A stretch of DNA of 64,000 bases from Podarcis muralis (lineage: Eukaryota): the NCBI RefSeq assembly GCF_964188315.1, contig NC_135667.1, forward strand, positions 17,174,001 to 17,238,000, written 5' to 3'. Below, piece by piece: positions 12,842 through 24,471 of the stretch; positions within the stretch are counted from its first letter, which is position 1, and every line of letters begins with the position of its first letter. The notes beneath the pieces are model-generated. The model worked only from the letters and a program-made list of their open reading frames with translations, was not told the DNA's origin and ran no database searches. The translations under genes and the position numbers were made by a program.

Positions 12842-14545
12842 TTCAGACTGGGGTATGTGGGAAGTGTGCTCTGAAGGTGGGCCCATGGATCCAGTCTTGT
12901 GTGACAGGCAGATGTTAGCGTGTGTGGGCCTGTTTAGTTGTCATGTGAAACTTTTATGTATGTAGATAACATGATGATAAGCAATTCAGGTGATTGGGTT
13001 ACTACAATGCACTCTGTGTGGGGCTTCCCTTGCACTCGATCCTGTTTTTAAGCAGAGTTTGGATGGCCATCTGTCACGGACCCTTTAGTCGAGATTCCAG
13101 CATTTCAGGGGGTTGGACTAGATGACCCTTGGAGGTCCCTTCCAATTCTATGATTCTAAGCTGCACTTAGTGGAGAATGCTGTAGCACCATCGCCGGCAG
13201 GTAGTGAGATTGCACATGCCTGCATAGAACGCCTCTGCTCAGAGATCTGCACTGGTTGTATATAAAGCCCTTAACAGCTTGGGACCAGGATCACCTAACC
13301 CCATATATGCCCACTGAATTGCTTCAACCTCCACAACTGGCATTGTTACACATGCTGCATAATGCTCGTTCCACTCTTCCCAGTGCCTGCTTAAATATTT
13401 CAAAAACCAGGACACCCCAAATGTTGTTTACAAAAATGTGATTTGCCTAAGATTCTGCCTTCCGGAATTTCCCCCCAGACATCCAATTCCTTCTTTGAAA
13501 TCCTGTTAATGTCTTGGAAAATCCGGACATATGGCAGCCCTAGGCTTAAAACATTTTCGTTTAGGCAAGCCTATTTAGACAAGTAGAAGTTCCATGTTGC
13601 TTTTGATCAATATGTGTTTTAAACTTCTTTTATGTTTTGTTATATGTTTTTGGTAAACCACAGTTTTGATGAATACAAAGAAAGGAAGGTCGTTTGACCT
13701 CCACCCCCCACAATCTATCTAAAATGAAATTGACTTTTAAATAGGGTTTGGGTAACATAAAAATGGCCTGCAGTTCTAGGGCCCCACATTTCACTGACCC
13801 TTTAAAATTCAAACCCGAAAACCTGACTCTGAGTCATAATTCTCCTACTTGCTGTAACATACGTCTCTTTCCTGCAGCTGTTATAGATGGGTGGGTGGAA
13901 ATTCTACAGCTTCAAAGGTTTGGGGGGGGGGGCAACAACTTTGACTTGGAAATCATCCCATGGCAGGGAAATGTTGTGGTTTCTGCTAGGTAAAAGCAAA
14001 TGAAGTCTCCAAGTATTTTATTTTATGCTGACGGGAAATGAAAGTCAAAACACCCTTCTGTACTATGGAAAATGCCAAGATGATGAAGAAGATTATTTTA
14101 ATGGGATTTTGTTCCAAAAGGATTCCCAACCAACCCCAGGAGCAAAGAAGATGAAAGAGTCTGGTGGAACCTTAAAGACTGACAGCTTTGTTGCAACGCA
14201 AAAATTGTGTCCGCAGAAGATGAACGCCAGTCTGCAAAGTGGGGGGTGGGGTGGAGGTGGGAGTTCAAAACCAGGAAGCTGCAACATGAAATCACAGGAA
14301 GCGATCTGGCCAGCCATCTACAGACTGTCCAATTCTTCTCCAGCCCTGTTTTCTCTCCCCCCCTTTAGTATAGCATCAGTTACAACACCATTTTCTGTTT
14401 CACCCCTTTTCCTTGTGGGAAAATGGCACCAAAACATTAACATCTGGCATGGCGGAATGTGGATCTGTTGTGCAGGCAAGGAAAAGCAAAACAGTCACAT
14501 AAGAGCAGCTTGTGACCAAGACCTTAGGGATGCAGCAACATCCAG

Positions 14546-14548
14546 TGT

Positions 14549-14629
<81 letters not shown>
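14546..14629. repeat. Compound (GT)n(GA)n microsatellite
   Basis: Directly visible. Confidence 0.95.
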
Positions 14630-14635
<6 letters not shown>

Positions 14636-14989
14636 TGTGTATGTGGTGTTTTTTTATTTAAATGGACTGAAAATGTGACTGTTTCGGATGCTTTGTTAGT
14701 GATGAAGCAGAACGCAAGCCTTTCCCTGAATAACAGGTGGAATGAAGGGAGCTTAAATATGCCATTTCTTCTAGCACTGTGAATTTGCCATCTCCTCCAT
14801 CTTGCCAAGGAACAACCCACAGGGACAGATTCCATCTCTTCTGCCCTCCTTCCTTCACTTCCTCTAGCTCACAGATGCTGTTTTCAAACATTTGTTCTTA
14901 GTGTCTTTTTTTGTGGACTGCACTGTCAGCACAATTTATTTATTTTTATTAAGTTGCATGATGGTATGTTTAAATGTAAAAGCATCCCA

Positions 14990-15135
14990 GCCTGGGATAG
15001 TTCAGTCAGTAAAGCACGAGACTGAATCTCAAGGTCATGGGTTCGAGCCCTGTGTTGGGTAAAAGATTCCTGCATTGCAGGGGGTTGGACTAGATGACCC
15101 TGAGGGTCCCTTCCAACTCCACAATGATTCTATGC
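14990..15135 (+). mobile_element. tRNA-Lys-derived SINE with CR1-type 3' tail
   Basis: Head resembles tRNA-Lys with damaged anticodon arm; followed by GGACTAGATGACC..GGTCCCTTCCAACTC..ATGATTCTATG. Related copies at ~5500-5580, 42110-42260, 56565-56670. Confidence 0.75.
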
Positions 15136-15409
15136 TATTGTTCCCCCTGTTCACAAGCAGACAAATGAGGCTGTGAGGTGCAAGTCAGAGGAGGAATGAA
15201 ACAGGACCCATTTTCAGCACACTGGAGCATAGCACAGCTGCTAACTGCAAAGAATAACCAAGGAATATACAGGGGCATATACAAATAAATGTACAAATTG
15301 GATGATTCTGTGCATAAATATACAAGCAAGATTTTTATAATAAAAAAAAAACCCGAAGACAAAAATGGGAAAGAACAGCAAGAAACACTTCTCTTCATTT
15401 GTTATTACA

Positions 15410-15638
15410 GTGGTACCTCGGGTTAAGAACTTAATTTGTTCTGGAGGTCCGTTCTTAATCTGAAACTGTTCTTAACCTGAGGTACCACTTTAGCTAATGG
15501 GGCCTCCTGCCGCCGCCGCACGATTTCTGTTCTCATCCTGAAGCAAAGTTCTTAACCCGAGGTACTATTTCTGGGTTAGTGGAGTCTGTAACCTGAAGCG
15601 CCTGTAAGCTGAAGCGTCTGTAACCCGAGGTACCACTG
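15410..15638. mobile_element. Tc1/mariner (pogo/Tigger-like) MITE, family A
   Basis: TA TSD, TIR CAGTGGTACCTCGGGTTA; sister copies at 31397-31638 and 46668-46893. Confidence 0.88.
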
Positions 15639-16291
15639 TAATTCATTCTTTAGGGAAACATGCCTCTGAGCATGTAAAAAGTTTGTCTCGATGTGAATAG
15701 AGGCAGGAGACACAAATGCGCCTTTGCAACAGACAGGAAGAACCTGCAGAGCTGAGGCCTTGCAAGGGCAGGGTATTCACACTTCTCAAGAAACGTACAC
15801 CTGTTGGTTTTCCACCTGCCGTACAGCTAACAGAGACCCAATGCATAAACAGCAACAACCCGTCAACCCTCGCTTGTGACTCTTGAGATGCAGCCCTGGG
15901 ATTGTGAAGGGCTTTCCTATGTGCAGTTTCTCTTCCGAAGTCCACGCTGTTTCTGCAATGGATTAACAGTCTGGAGACCTGTGGGGGAAAGAACAAGAAA
16001 GCAGAAGAAGGCCAGGAAGCCTTTGATGTCCCTGTAATCTTAAAGTCAGGGATAGGGAACCTGTGGTCCAGCTGGCTGAGCTGTAAACAGAAATGGAACT
16101 CTTGCTGTCTGATTTTTCCATGGTTGGCGGCAGAGGGAGGGTGGACACTCAGCGCAACTCCCAAAAAAACCAGCCAATTCATCACACATACAAAGACAGG
16201 AAGAGGAAAGTGATTTACATGAAATTTGCATATGCTAATAATCACTGTGTGGGATGCGGGTGGAGCTGTGGGATAAACCACAGAGCCTATG

Positions 16292-17388
16292 AGGGGGAAC
16301 TGGATTACATATAAAGAATTGATTATAAAGGAAGGAGGAAAATGGAAAATGAAACCCTATGAAGAAGTGAAAGAGTATGTGTATGATTGGTTGCATTATT
16401 ATCAGGTTAACGAAATGTTTAAAAAGGACTTAAAAGAAAGAGGTTATGAGGAAAAAGAATTGAAATTTCACATAGACATAATAAACAATGAAAATAAAAT
16501 TTTGTCCAAGATGTATAAAATTTTGCTAGAATGGTATACAAAAGATGAGGAAGTTAAATCAGTCATGATACACTGGGCCAGAGATTTGGGTTATAATATA
16601 CAGTTTAACGATTGGATAAAACTGTGGAATGAAAATATAAAATTTACGGCATGTACTGCGTTAAAGGAAAATGTTATGAAAATGATTTATAGATGGTACA
16701 TCACACCCGTGAAACTGGCAAAAAATGTATAAAACATGTAGTAAGTGTTGGAAATGTAAATAAAAAGAAGGGACATTTTATCATATGTGGTGGGACTGTA
16801 AGAAGGTGAAGGGCTTCTGGGAAATGATATACAATGAGATGAAAAAGATGTTGAAATATACGTTTGTTAAGAAACCAGAGGCTTTTCTTCCAGGAATAGT
16901 AGGAAATGAAATAAATAGAATGGACTGTAAACTTTTCCAATATGCAGTAACACCAGCGAGAATATTATTGGCCCAAAAATGGAAACAGGAACAACTGCCG
17001 ACACTCGAAGAATGGAGAATGAAACTGATGGCGTATGCTGAACTGGACAAACTAACAGGAAAGATCAGATATATACGAGATCAAAGGTTCATTGAAGACT
17101 GGGGAAAATTTTCAGACTATCTGAAATGTGTGATGAGCAAATAACGCTAGTGGGATTTCAAGAAGTTCTGTAAATGATAGAGGACTATTGTATTGATGAA
17201 AACTAAGTGTGTGAAGTTTTATAAAATGCAATATAAAATTAGGAAATGCGTATTTAAAAATTTGAATAATGGATGATTGTCAGAGAGGTTGAAGGAAGTC
17301 TAAAAGAGAAAACATGTGATGAATTTAGATTGGATACTATAAATGTATGTTGGAAAATTTAATAAAAAATTTAATAATAATAAAAAAA
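16292..17388 (+). mobile_element. 5'-truncated L1/Tx1-type LINE (ORF2 C-terminus, 3' UTR, A-rich tail)
   Basis: Frameshifted ORF2 with C-terminal C-W-K-C...H-M-W-W-D-C knuckle; AATAAA and poly(A)-like tail at ~17360-17388. Confidence 0.85.
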
Positions 17389-18129
17389 GATAACGTCTGG
17401 CACAGGGCAGGTGGTAACAACAACAACATCATCGTCATCATCAATATCATCATCATCACCATCATCAACAACAACAACTTCTTGGGACAACAAATGATAT
17501 TAAGCTGACTCTGGAAGTGAGGTTATTTTATTCTGCACATGATTTGTGATAGAGAAGAAGACTGGCTGGGTTCTAAGAGCTGATCCAGTCCTGTCTGTTG
17601 CAATGACCAATACTTTTTAAAAAGAAAAAGTTAAAAAAGGGCAATTCATCTTCTCTGTTCCAAGTCAGGGTGGGTAAATACTGTGTGTCAATTTCTCTCT
17701 CTCTCTCTCAGTTTCTCATTTTTCCATATGAGAAGTTCAGTTCACATTTCTACATCAGATTGCAAATTTCTTTTTTCTTTTTCAGTCCTCATGAAAATTC
17801 TAGTGTGCATTTCTTTTAGTGTACACATTTTGGTGTGCAATTTGACCTAATGTGCACATTTTTGAAAAGCATATTTCCCTTAAGAGTTATATTAACATCC
17901 CTAATATAATGCATTTTTTCATGTTATTTTCACATATATGCATTTTATGCATACTTTAGTATATGCATTTTGGTACACATTACTTGGCTGGAAAACTGCA
18001 TTGCATCATTCAGAGAATGCGAATTTTGAAGGATGGCTGTGTTTTGCTTTGCTTATTATTTTGAAAAATGCAAATTAGCTAGATTCACCTTTAAATTTGA
18101 ACTGAACCAAATCTCTGCTCCCTAATTCT

Positions 18130-18950
18130 TTTTTATTCTTTTTCTTTTTCTTCTTTTTAGTTTTTCCTTTATTACTTTATTATTATTATTTATTTCCTTT
18201 ATTATTTCCTTTATTACTTATATACTCACAAGTAGATCTTTACATCATTACATCTTACAATTATACATATTCTTGTTTTCAGAGTATGTTCGTAATTATT
18301 ATTATCATAGATCGACAAGTATTACTGTACACACACACACACACAAAAATGTAATCTTAAAACCATAATATTCCTCATAAATGAATGACTTCCCGTCTCT
18401 TCCATTTTGTACTAATAAACCTATTTCCTATATTTGTCCATTGTCTTTTTATTTATAATATTTTCTTATCTATCAGTTTTCCTTTTAAATTTGTTATCCA
18501 AAGAAACTACTCAAAGGCCGTTACCGTTTTCAGATAGCAGCAATTACTCTTCAAGTATTCCTTAAAACAATTCCAATTTGAGACAAACTCCTGTTTAGAT
18601 TTATCTTTGATTCTTTCTGATAAGTAGTCTAACTCCGCATACTCTGTTAGTTTTTGTATCCAATCAGATCTGGTGGGTACATATCTGCTTTTCCAATGTG
18701 TAGCTATTATAACCCTTATAACCCTGCATACAGAAAGATTTTCCTTGATTTTTGGGGGGGGATATCCAAACCGGTAATGCCTAATAAGAATTATTCAGGG
18801 TTGGTTTTTTTTTTGAATATTCACTTTCAAAATTCTTTTTAGTTAATCCCCCTGCTTGTCCACCACATATGAAATGTATTCCCTCCAGGTTCTCCACATC
18901 TCCAACAGTTATTATACATCTTAGCAAGTTTACACGGTGTCAAGTGCCAA
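18130..18950 (-). mobile_element. L1-type LINE 3' fragment
   Basis: Minus strand reads TPCKLAKMYNNCWRCG...FHMWW; T-rich tail on the left. Confidence 0.7.
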
Positions 18951-19595
18951 AGGTAGAAACTGCTCCCATGAGGTGCAAACAGGAGCCTCGTGTGGATTAA
19001 TGTAGAGAAAAAATAGTGTGATGCTTAAAATACTGACATTAAACTAAATATATGAAAATTATATCCCAGTCAGCTGTTAATAATTTAGGCTACAACCGTA
19101 TTTTGCATTTCCCTGGGAGTTACCTCCATTAAATACAGAAGGACTTAAGGAAACATTGTAGGTTTTCACTGTTAATGTCCAAGGGTTACAATAGTAATAT
19201 ATCCATTTAATTTTAAAAAAACCAAATACTAGAGAGCAAAAAGCTAGTGTCAGTTAAATTAGATTCTTTAAAAATAACAACCATATCAAATTGAACCAAA
19301 ATACTGAAAAAATGTTTAAGGACATGGAATCTAATATATTTAAAATGCATATATAGCTGATCAAATTATAATCTCTCTTTCCAATGGTGCAAGTTCAGAA
19401 AAAAACCTGTCTATTAATATTGCCTAATTCTAAATATCTTTATACTTTTAAGTTCAAAGGAGATCTATCTCTTAAGCTCTCAGTCAAGCATATTCTGTGG
19501 AAAAAATAGCACCCTCTCACCCATTCCTGTACACTGCTTTTTAAAAACTGTAATAGAAGGTGTTTCAGGACTTCATATAATCGTTATGGATTTAG

Positions 19596-20095
19596 TTACA
19601 GATAGGTAGCCGTGTGGGGACGCGGGTGGCGCTGTGGGTAAAAGCCTCAGCGCCTAGGGCTTGCCGATCGAAAGGTCGGCGGTTCGAATCCCCGCGGCGG
19701 GGTGCGCTCCCGCTGTTCGGTCCCAGCGCCTGCCAACCTAGCAGTTCGAAAGCACTCCCAGGTGCAAGTAGATAAATAGGGACCGCTTACTAGCGGGAAG
19801 GTAAACGGCGTTTCCGTGTGCGGCTCTGGCTCGCCAGAGCAGCGATGTCACGCTGGCCACGTGACTCAGAAGTGTCTCCGGACAGCGCTGGCCCCCGGCC
19901 TCTTGAGTGAGATGGGCGCACAACCCTAGAGTCTGTCAAGACTGGCCCGTACGGGCAGGGGTACCTTTACCTTTACCTTTAGGTACCCGTGTTGGTCTGC
20001 CATAGTCAAAAAATGCCTTCCAGTAGCACCTTAAAGACCAACTAAGTTAGTTCTTGGTATGAGCTTTCGTGTGCATGCACACTTCTTCAGATGAA
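19596..20095 (-). mobile_element. Penelope-like element remnant interrupted by a Sauria SINE
   Basis: Same sequence as 25771-25978; flanked by a 13-bp duplication GTTATGGATTTAG (19583-19595, 20096-20108). Confidence 0.75.
19616..19980 (+). mobile_element. Sauria SINE nested in the Penelope remnant
   Basis: Full SINE with TSD TAGGTA(G/C)CCGTGT on both sides. Confidence 0.9.
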
Positions 20096-22075
20096 GTTAT
20101 GGATTTAGATTTTCATTTCCCTCAGTTCAGTTTGATTTTGCTACTGAAGAAAGGTTAGTAATTTACAGAACTGTCCTGTCTGCATTTTCTCAGAAACAAG
20201 TCCCACTTCTATTGGTGGGATTTACTCCCAGGTAAACTGTACCAGTTTACAGTTGGGAGGGGGAAGCTTTTGCCCAAAAAAATATTTTAAGGTTGTGTTC
20301 TGCTTTTTAATTAATAGCTGCCCCTCTTTTCTCTGCTCTCTTTTCTCATTAATCTGCCCAGAGGCCTGAGGATAAAGTAGCGTAGGATGGCTAAGCATCG
20401 TGTGGTTATTAGTTGTTGCTCTGCCACGAAACTTGCATGAGATGTAAAAGCCACGTTCGCCTGCAATTTGCCACCTCTTCCAGATTTGGGATGAGGTGGG
20501 GGAAGAATCCTTGCTAGGTAATTCCCATTTCTGCAAATTACTAAATGACTCGGCGTGTTGACCAATGATGAGGGCTAGAAGCTTGGTTCGTTTTAAACAG
20601 AACCTGCAGTTCTCAAGGTGCAGCTAAATGTGAAGGCAGCCCAATCTCCTCCAAGCCATCACCTTGATGGCCAGCCAAACTTTGTGGACGACAAAGTTCC
20701 AGAGCGAGGGATGATGCCAACAGGGTCTTCTGAAATCACGCTGATCTGGATGCCCAGCACAAATGAACCCTCTGCTGCTCATGGATCACGCTTTGTCTCC
20801 GTTGCCCTCAACTTCATATGCTCTGAAAGTAGCAAGAAGCCTCACAGCTTTACAAATAGCTCCAAGGTTCGGGGAAGCGTATGGCTGAACCCTCCATGCC
20901 TCCAAAATTCCTTCTCTCCTGTAATTTTTGCTTCTGGAAGAGGGGCAGGGGAGTCTTCTGATGGCCACCAGGAGAAAAATGACTGAGGAGGTGATTTAGG
21001 GGCAGAGCAAGAATTCGGTACACCCTCCCAACTGCCCACGTTGCACTTAACATCAAACCCCCCATTCCATCCACTTAGTAAGGAAGTTGTTCGGGGAGTG
21101 ACCCAACTCTTAACACATGCTGGGGATCAAAGTTTCTGTTGAAAAGAAAACAAGGCCCTATAATGACTCTCAATAAGCCGCGCGGCAGTCTGAGTTTCCA
21201 AAGCTTTGCACCCTGCAGCGTGGCTTCAGACATAAAGGCAATGATCAACGTTCATCTGGGCCTTGCTCGTAGCTGAGTGGTTGGGCATCTGCTTTGCATG
21301 CCAGAAGATCCCCGGTTCAATTCCTGGCATCTCCAGGTAGGGCTGGGAATTCCTGCTGCCTAAAATCCAGATGAGCTTCTCCCAGCCATTGTAGACAATA
21401 AGGGATATTGGTCTATGTCAGTTCTTCATTTTTCCCAGTCGTAAATTTGGTTATCCACATTTCTTCAGCAATTTGTGTATTTTCTTTTAAAAAAGAAATC
21501 ATGAAGGTTCTTCAGCATTTTAAAGTGAACTCCTAATAAACACATTTTTATGCTGTTTTGACTAATGGATATGTTGTTGCTTGGAATTTATCCTAATATA
21601 ATGAATCATTGTGTGCTGTTTTCACTAATATATCAATGCACACTTTCCCATAACATATGCTTTATTTTTTGCAAACATTGGTTGGGAAAACCCATTGCAA
21701 AATTCAGATAAGTGTGGCATTTGAAGGATGGCTCAGTTTCAGTTCTCATATTGTTTTGGAGAGTGCAAATTTAATTGATCCATATTTAAATGTCTTTTAT
21801 TTTTCTTTGTTTATTGCATTTCCACTTCTTTTCTCCATGGTTCAACCCCTCCCCATCTTATCTACACAACAACCCTGGGAGGTCGGCCGAGGGGGGACTT
21901 GAACCCTGGTCTGTCTCCCAGGTCCTAGTCCTACACTCCAACCACTGCTAATGGAATAAAAATCCTCTCCCATCCCTAGGAGACAACCCTGAGCTTGATG
22001 GACCAACATTCTGACTCAGCAATAAGGAAGCTCCCTGTGTTTTTCAGGTGCCTTTCATTCCTTACCTGCCTCGGC

Positions 22076-23086
22076 TCAGATGACCTCCTGGCCTTCTCCT
22101 TGTGGCCTCTCTCTGTTCTGGAAGCATCGCAGGGAAGTGCGCGACGACCCCCTTTGGCGGGCGCGCAGGTACTCACGGTAGTTGCGTGTCAGCAAGGTGT
22201 AGAGGAAGGGGTTGATGCAGCTGTTGCCATAAGTCAAGCAAGTCACCAGGTGGTTGATGGAGATCTCTGTGTGGACGGGGAGGCGGGCAGCCTGCTGGCA
22301 GTAAAGAGGCAGGAGCTGCCAGACCCAGAAGGGCAAATAGCAAGCCCAAAAGGCCAGGACAATGACGAGGATGAGGAGGAAGACCCGGTTCTTTGGAGAG
22401 CGGCCCAACCCGCCGCGTGTCTGCGACACCCAATAAGTCCTGGCCAAGCGCCAGTAGAGGGACCCGATGATGATGCCGGGAGCCACGATGCTGGTGCTGA
22501 ACAGGACGCTCAGGTAGACCCTGTACTGCTCCTCACTCCAGGTTGGGGAGCAGAGACGCCGGACGGGCACGCCGTCCCCCACCGCCCGCTCCTCCTGGTG
22601 GATCATCACCATCATGGGCAAGGCCAGGGCAAAGGACAGGAGCCAGATGGCCAGGGCCAGAGGTCGTCGGCAGCGTCGCGCACGCCTTGCGGCCTGGAAG
22701 GGGTGGGCCACGGCAGCGTAGCGCTCACAGCTCATCAGGGTGAGCAGGAAGATGCTGGCATGCATGGTGAGGAGGTCCAGGCTGAGGAGGACCCGGCAGC
22801 CGGCCTCGCCGAAAAGCCAGTCCTTCACCAGCCCGTTGTGGACAATGAAGGGGGCCGTCGACAGGTACAGCAGGTCGGCCAAGGCCAGGTTGACCAAGTG
22901 GACGCGGAGCGAGGAAGCTGAGGGTGATGCCCGCACCACGGCCAAGGCGTAGAGGTTTCCCGCCACACCGGTGGCACACATCAGGCTCAGCACAGCTCCC
23001 AGGGCTGCGGCTGACTCACCTCCCTCCGACACAGTCCCATTGCCCAGGGGCACCCACAACGAAAGGTTGGTTGTTGGTGGGTCCAT
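22076..23086 (-). CDS. UTS2R: Urotensin-II receptor family class A GPCR (likely a non-mammalian paralogue)
   Basis: Seven TM segments; SLDLLTMHASIF, ERY, FWACYLPFW and TCLTYGNSCINPFLYTLLTRNYR closely match UTS2R signatures. Subtype not determined. Confidence 0.92.
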   Translation of the reverse strand: MDPPTTNLSLWVPLGNGTVSEGGESAAALGAVLSLMCATGVAGNLYALAVVRASPSASSLRVHLVNLALADLLYLSTAPFIVHNGLVKDWLFGEAGCRVLLSLDLLTMHASIFLLTLMSCERYAAVAHPFQAARRARRCRRPLALAIWLLSFALALPMMVMIHQEERAVGDGVPVRRLCSPTWSEEQYRVYLSVLFSTSIVAPGIIIGSLYWRLARTYWVSQTRGGLGRSPKNRVFLLILVIVLAFWACYLPFWVWQLLPLYCQQAARLPVHTEISINHLVTCLTYGNSCINPFLYTLLTRNYREYLRARQRGSSRTSLRCFQNRERPQGEGQEVI

Positions 23087-23270
23087 GGGGAGAGGACCAA
23101 GGGTAGGATGTCCAGGAGAACTTCTTAACGTCCGCCCGGGCCTTCAGAGTAAGCGAGACAGCAGAACCTTGCTCTTTTCTGACCTACCTACTTATTATTT
23201 TAGCTGCACATCTGTCTGTCTTCCAGGCTGTCTCTGTGTCCATTTGTCTACCTATTTTTCTTCCACTTAC

Positions 23271-23395
23271 TTCTGATCCTCCGAGAAAGAGAGAGGAGTT
23301 GATCTGAGAGTGCAAAGGTTTTTCTGTGGGGGTTCAGCTCCCCAAAGACCTCTCTTCTGTGTGGTGCACACGGTCTCTGCTCCGCATCCGGACAT
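23271..23395 (-). CDS. Probable upstream coding exon of the UTS2R-like gene (MSGCGAETV...SEDQK)
   Basis: AA|GTAAGT donor at 23271/23270; acceptor ...CTTACTCTGAAG| at 23142; 129-nt intron; splice is in frame with the GPCR ORF without stops; CCAAT/GC boxes at ~23685-23722 upstream. Confidence 0.5.
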
Positions 23396-23939
23396 GAAGG
23401 GCTTTTTGTTCCTCGCCTTGTTCCTCCGCTCAGTGTGTCCAAAGCTCAGCGGTGGCAAGAGGTCTCCAGAGTGCGTGAGGAGTATCTCTGAGTGTCTGTC
23501 TGGGGCTGCGAAGAATTCTCTTCTCCTGCATTCCTCGCACCCTGCTAGTGTCGGTATGTTGGGGTCGAACCTTGACCCGGCCCCACACGGGGAGCACAGC
23601 TCTCGGCTCCTGTCTGAACTGAAGAACCTGTTTATTTCATCCTTGGGGTGGAATTCTGACAGCGTGTCAGCAGAAGGGACTGCGGGGCGGGCGATGGGAC
23701 AACGTACGGGGGTTCCGATTGGTCCGGAGTTTGCAACACTAAGAATCGCCACCTCCTTTTTCTCCCTCCCCCCCAAACAGGCAGACACCCAGGGTCCAAC
23801 TCCCTGCTGGCATAGTCATGCAGCTTTCCATGGAATGATGCCAACCAAGAGAGAGAGAGCGAAAAAAAATAACCAAGAGATAGAAAGACAGAAGGAGACT
23901 GTATGGATCAATGGACAAAAGAAACTCATAAATGCAAAA

Positions 23940-23940
<1 letters not shown>

Positions 23941-23986
<46 letters not shown>
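23941..23986. repeat. (GA)n microsatellite
   Basis: Directly visible. Confidence 0.95.
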
Positions 23987-23989
<3 letters not shown>

Positions 23990-24293
23990 GAAGAAAATGA
24001 GCAGGCAAGACAGGGACAACCAGACCCACCTCTTGTTCATCATCAGTTTATTTATATAGACCACTTTTCCGGAAAAATTGTGTTCACAACATACCAACTG
24101 AACAATAATAAATACAATTAATATGTATCTACAAAAACATATGAATCATGTGTATTCATAGGACTATAAATACAGAAATCCATGCAACATGATATAAAAC
24201 ATTACATAAAACAATAAAAAGGTGTAGCCTAACTTACCAGCTTAGTACTAAACAGGAGAAAGAATGTCCATCACAAAAATAAACTTGATAGCA

Positions 24294-24471
24294 CAGTGGG
24301 TACCTCAGTTTTCAGACATAATCCATTCTGGAAGACCGTCTGAGTTCCAAAATGTTCAAAAACTGAAAACTCAGTACAGAAGCCGCATGGCATGTTCAAC
24401 TTCTGAGGAGAGTTAAAAAACCAAAGCATTTACTTCCGGGTTTACGGCTTTCGAAAACTGAGGTATCACTG
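24294..24471. mobile_element. Tc1/mariner-type MITE
   Basis: TIRs CAGTGGGTACCTCAGTTTTC / GAAAACTGAGGTATCACTG-TA. Confidence 0.7.

Noticed and set aside
14025-14585. 186-aa ORF
   Set aside because: No recognisable domain; ends in a (GT)n repeat; no supporting splice structure.
14990-15060. tRNA-Lys-like sequence (also tRNA-like heads at ~21265-21335 and 42110-42180)
   Set aside because: Anticodon arm or acceptor stem broken and followed by LINE-derived tails: SINE heads, not tRNA genes.
20560-20640. TGATGA (C box-like) suggesting a C/D snoRNA
   Set aside because: No appropriately placed CTGA D box or terminal stem, and not in a host-gene intron.
21995-22921. 308-aa plus-strand ORF antisense to the GPCR
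   Set aside because: Complement of a GC-rich TM-coding frame; no known homology or splice context.
23310-24059. 249-aa plus-strand ORF
   Set aside because: Starts at a non-ATG codon, runs through a (GA)n microsatellite and is antisense to the receptor's first exon.
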